From Felis catus (taxonomy: Eukaryota): a stretch of 64,000 bases of DNA. Positions 63,101 to 64,000 of this stretch are shown here, one piece after another. The stretch lies in NCBI RefSeq assembly GCF_018350175.1, contig NC_058375.1, positions 202,554,001 through 202,618,000 of the forward strand, in the 5' to 3' direction. Both the position numbers and the translations under genes were made by a program. The notes below the pieces were generated by a model. It had not been told where the DNA came from. It saw only the letters and a list, made by a program, of their open reading frames with translations, and made no database searches. The number at the start of each line of letters is the position of its first letter. Position 1 is the stretch's first letter.

Positions 63101-64000
63101 CCACCCTCAGGAGGAGGGAAGAGGTTCCTTTCTGGTGATAAAAGCGAAGGCTTTAGGAGAGCTAGTCACCCAATTATGTTAAGCCTCCAGCAGTTTTCAC
63201 TTTTCAGTGATTTGTAGATTTACCTCCCTCAGCTCTAGGTGCTGTAAGCTAGATTTTTCTCAGGTTGGCCAACTCCTTTTGCATTACTGAACTGTGTTCT
63301 GTAAAAGCTGGCTTTCTTAACTGGTGGTATTGACCCTCCCTTCTCATAGGGCTACGGTATTGACCTTCCTTTCTCAGGAGGCCTTCAAGAAGTTCATTGC
63401 TCCTCCACATTTTTTTAGGGGGACGTAGCTTGGGATTTATCTCATAAGAGAAATTGAGTCTGATTCCTATATTCCTCCCCATTCAGCTTGGTTCCAGATA
63501 AGACACTTCTATCTTCTAACATATCTACTGAGCGATTAAAGCAGTCTCATTAGAGAGCTTTCAAATTGTAGACTCTGAGCCATTTCTGATGTCCTGAGTT
63601 CCCCCTGGTGACGGTGAGAGACAACCTAGGTGGAGGAGGAAAAGGGAAGTGCAGGTCCCAAGGGCCACACCCACTTCTGTAATATAGGAGAGTGATTTGA
63701 TCAGTGGGTAATGAATAATTGCTTTCTGTAGAAATAGATACCTTGTCCAAGTTGGTCTGGACCTGGCCCCTGGAGACTTGATGGTTTGAAACAACAGCCA
63801 TAGATTTTCTAGCGTAGGTTGCTCATCATTCACTCTCAACTAAGGAGGAAACTTGAGGCAAAATTACATCTCAAAGCGTGGAAGGCGGAATGAAACGGGC
63901 AGTTTGTGGATGCCGGATAAAGATGACAAAGCAGATTGGTGTGCTTCCTGAGACTGCTTGCTCTAGAAGAGCAGAGGCTGCAGCCCCGGACGGCAGTTGG

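Noticed and set aside
63326-63376. 30-bp-period direct repeat ggtattgacc(c/t)tcc(c/t)ttctca, and the aggaaagaattattc repeats at 56725-57005
   Set aside because: Short local duplications or SINE TSD; not a CRISPR-like or functional array.

Overview
Mammalian genomic DNA, almost certainly a felid: it carries young cat-type CAN-SINEs and a felid-type L1 3' UTR. It is the conserved gene block syntenic with human 2q35: ZNF142 (-), BCS1L (+), RNF25 (-), STK36 (+), then a CpG-island promoter and first non-coding exon that synteny suggests is TTLL4 (+). I reconstructed all coding exons from GT-AG boundaries with consistent phases: BCS1L 419 aa, RNF25 457 aa, STK36 1311 aa, and ZNF142 about 1850 aa with one exon boundary hidden in an N gap. 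ZNF142/BCS1L and RNF25/STK36 each share a bidirectional CpG-island promoter. Introns hold many CAN-SINEs, MIR/L2, L1 and hAT (MER58- and Charlie-type) relics, and there are four N gaps. I found no convincing undescribed multi-gene system. The best leads are small: a tailless U6 retrocopy with target-site duplication (TSD), a tightly spaced inverted SINE pair inside one MIR, a MER58-like element split by about 3 kb of nested insertions, candidate uORFs in BCS1L and STK36, an RFX X-box at the STK36 promoter, and two candidate cryptic/poison exons. Repeat family names come from recalled consensus sequences, not a database search, and repeat edges are approximate.
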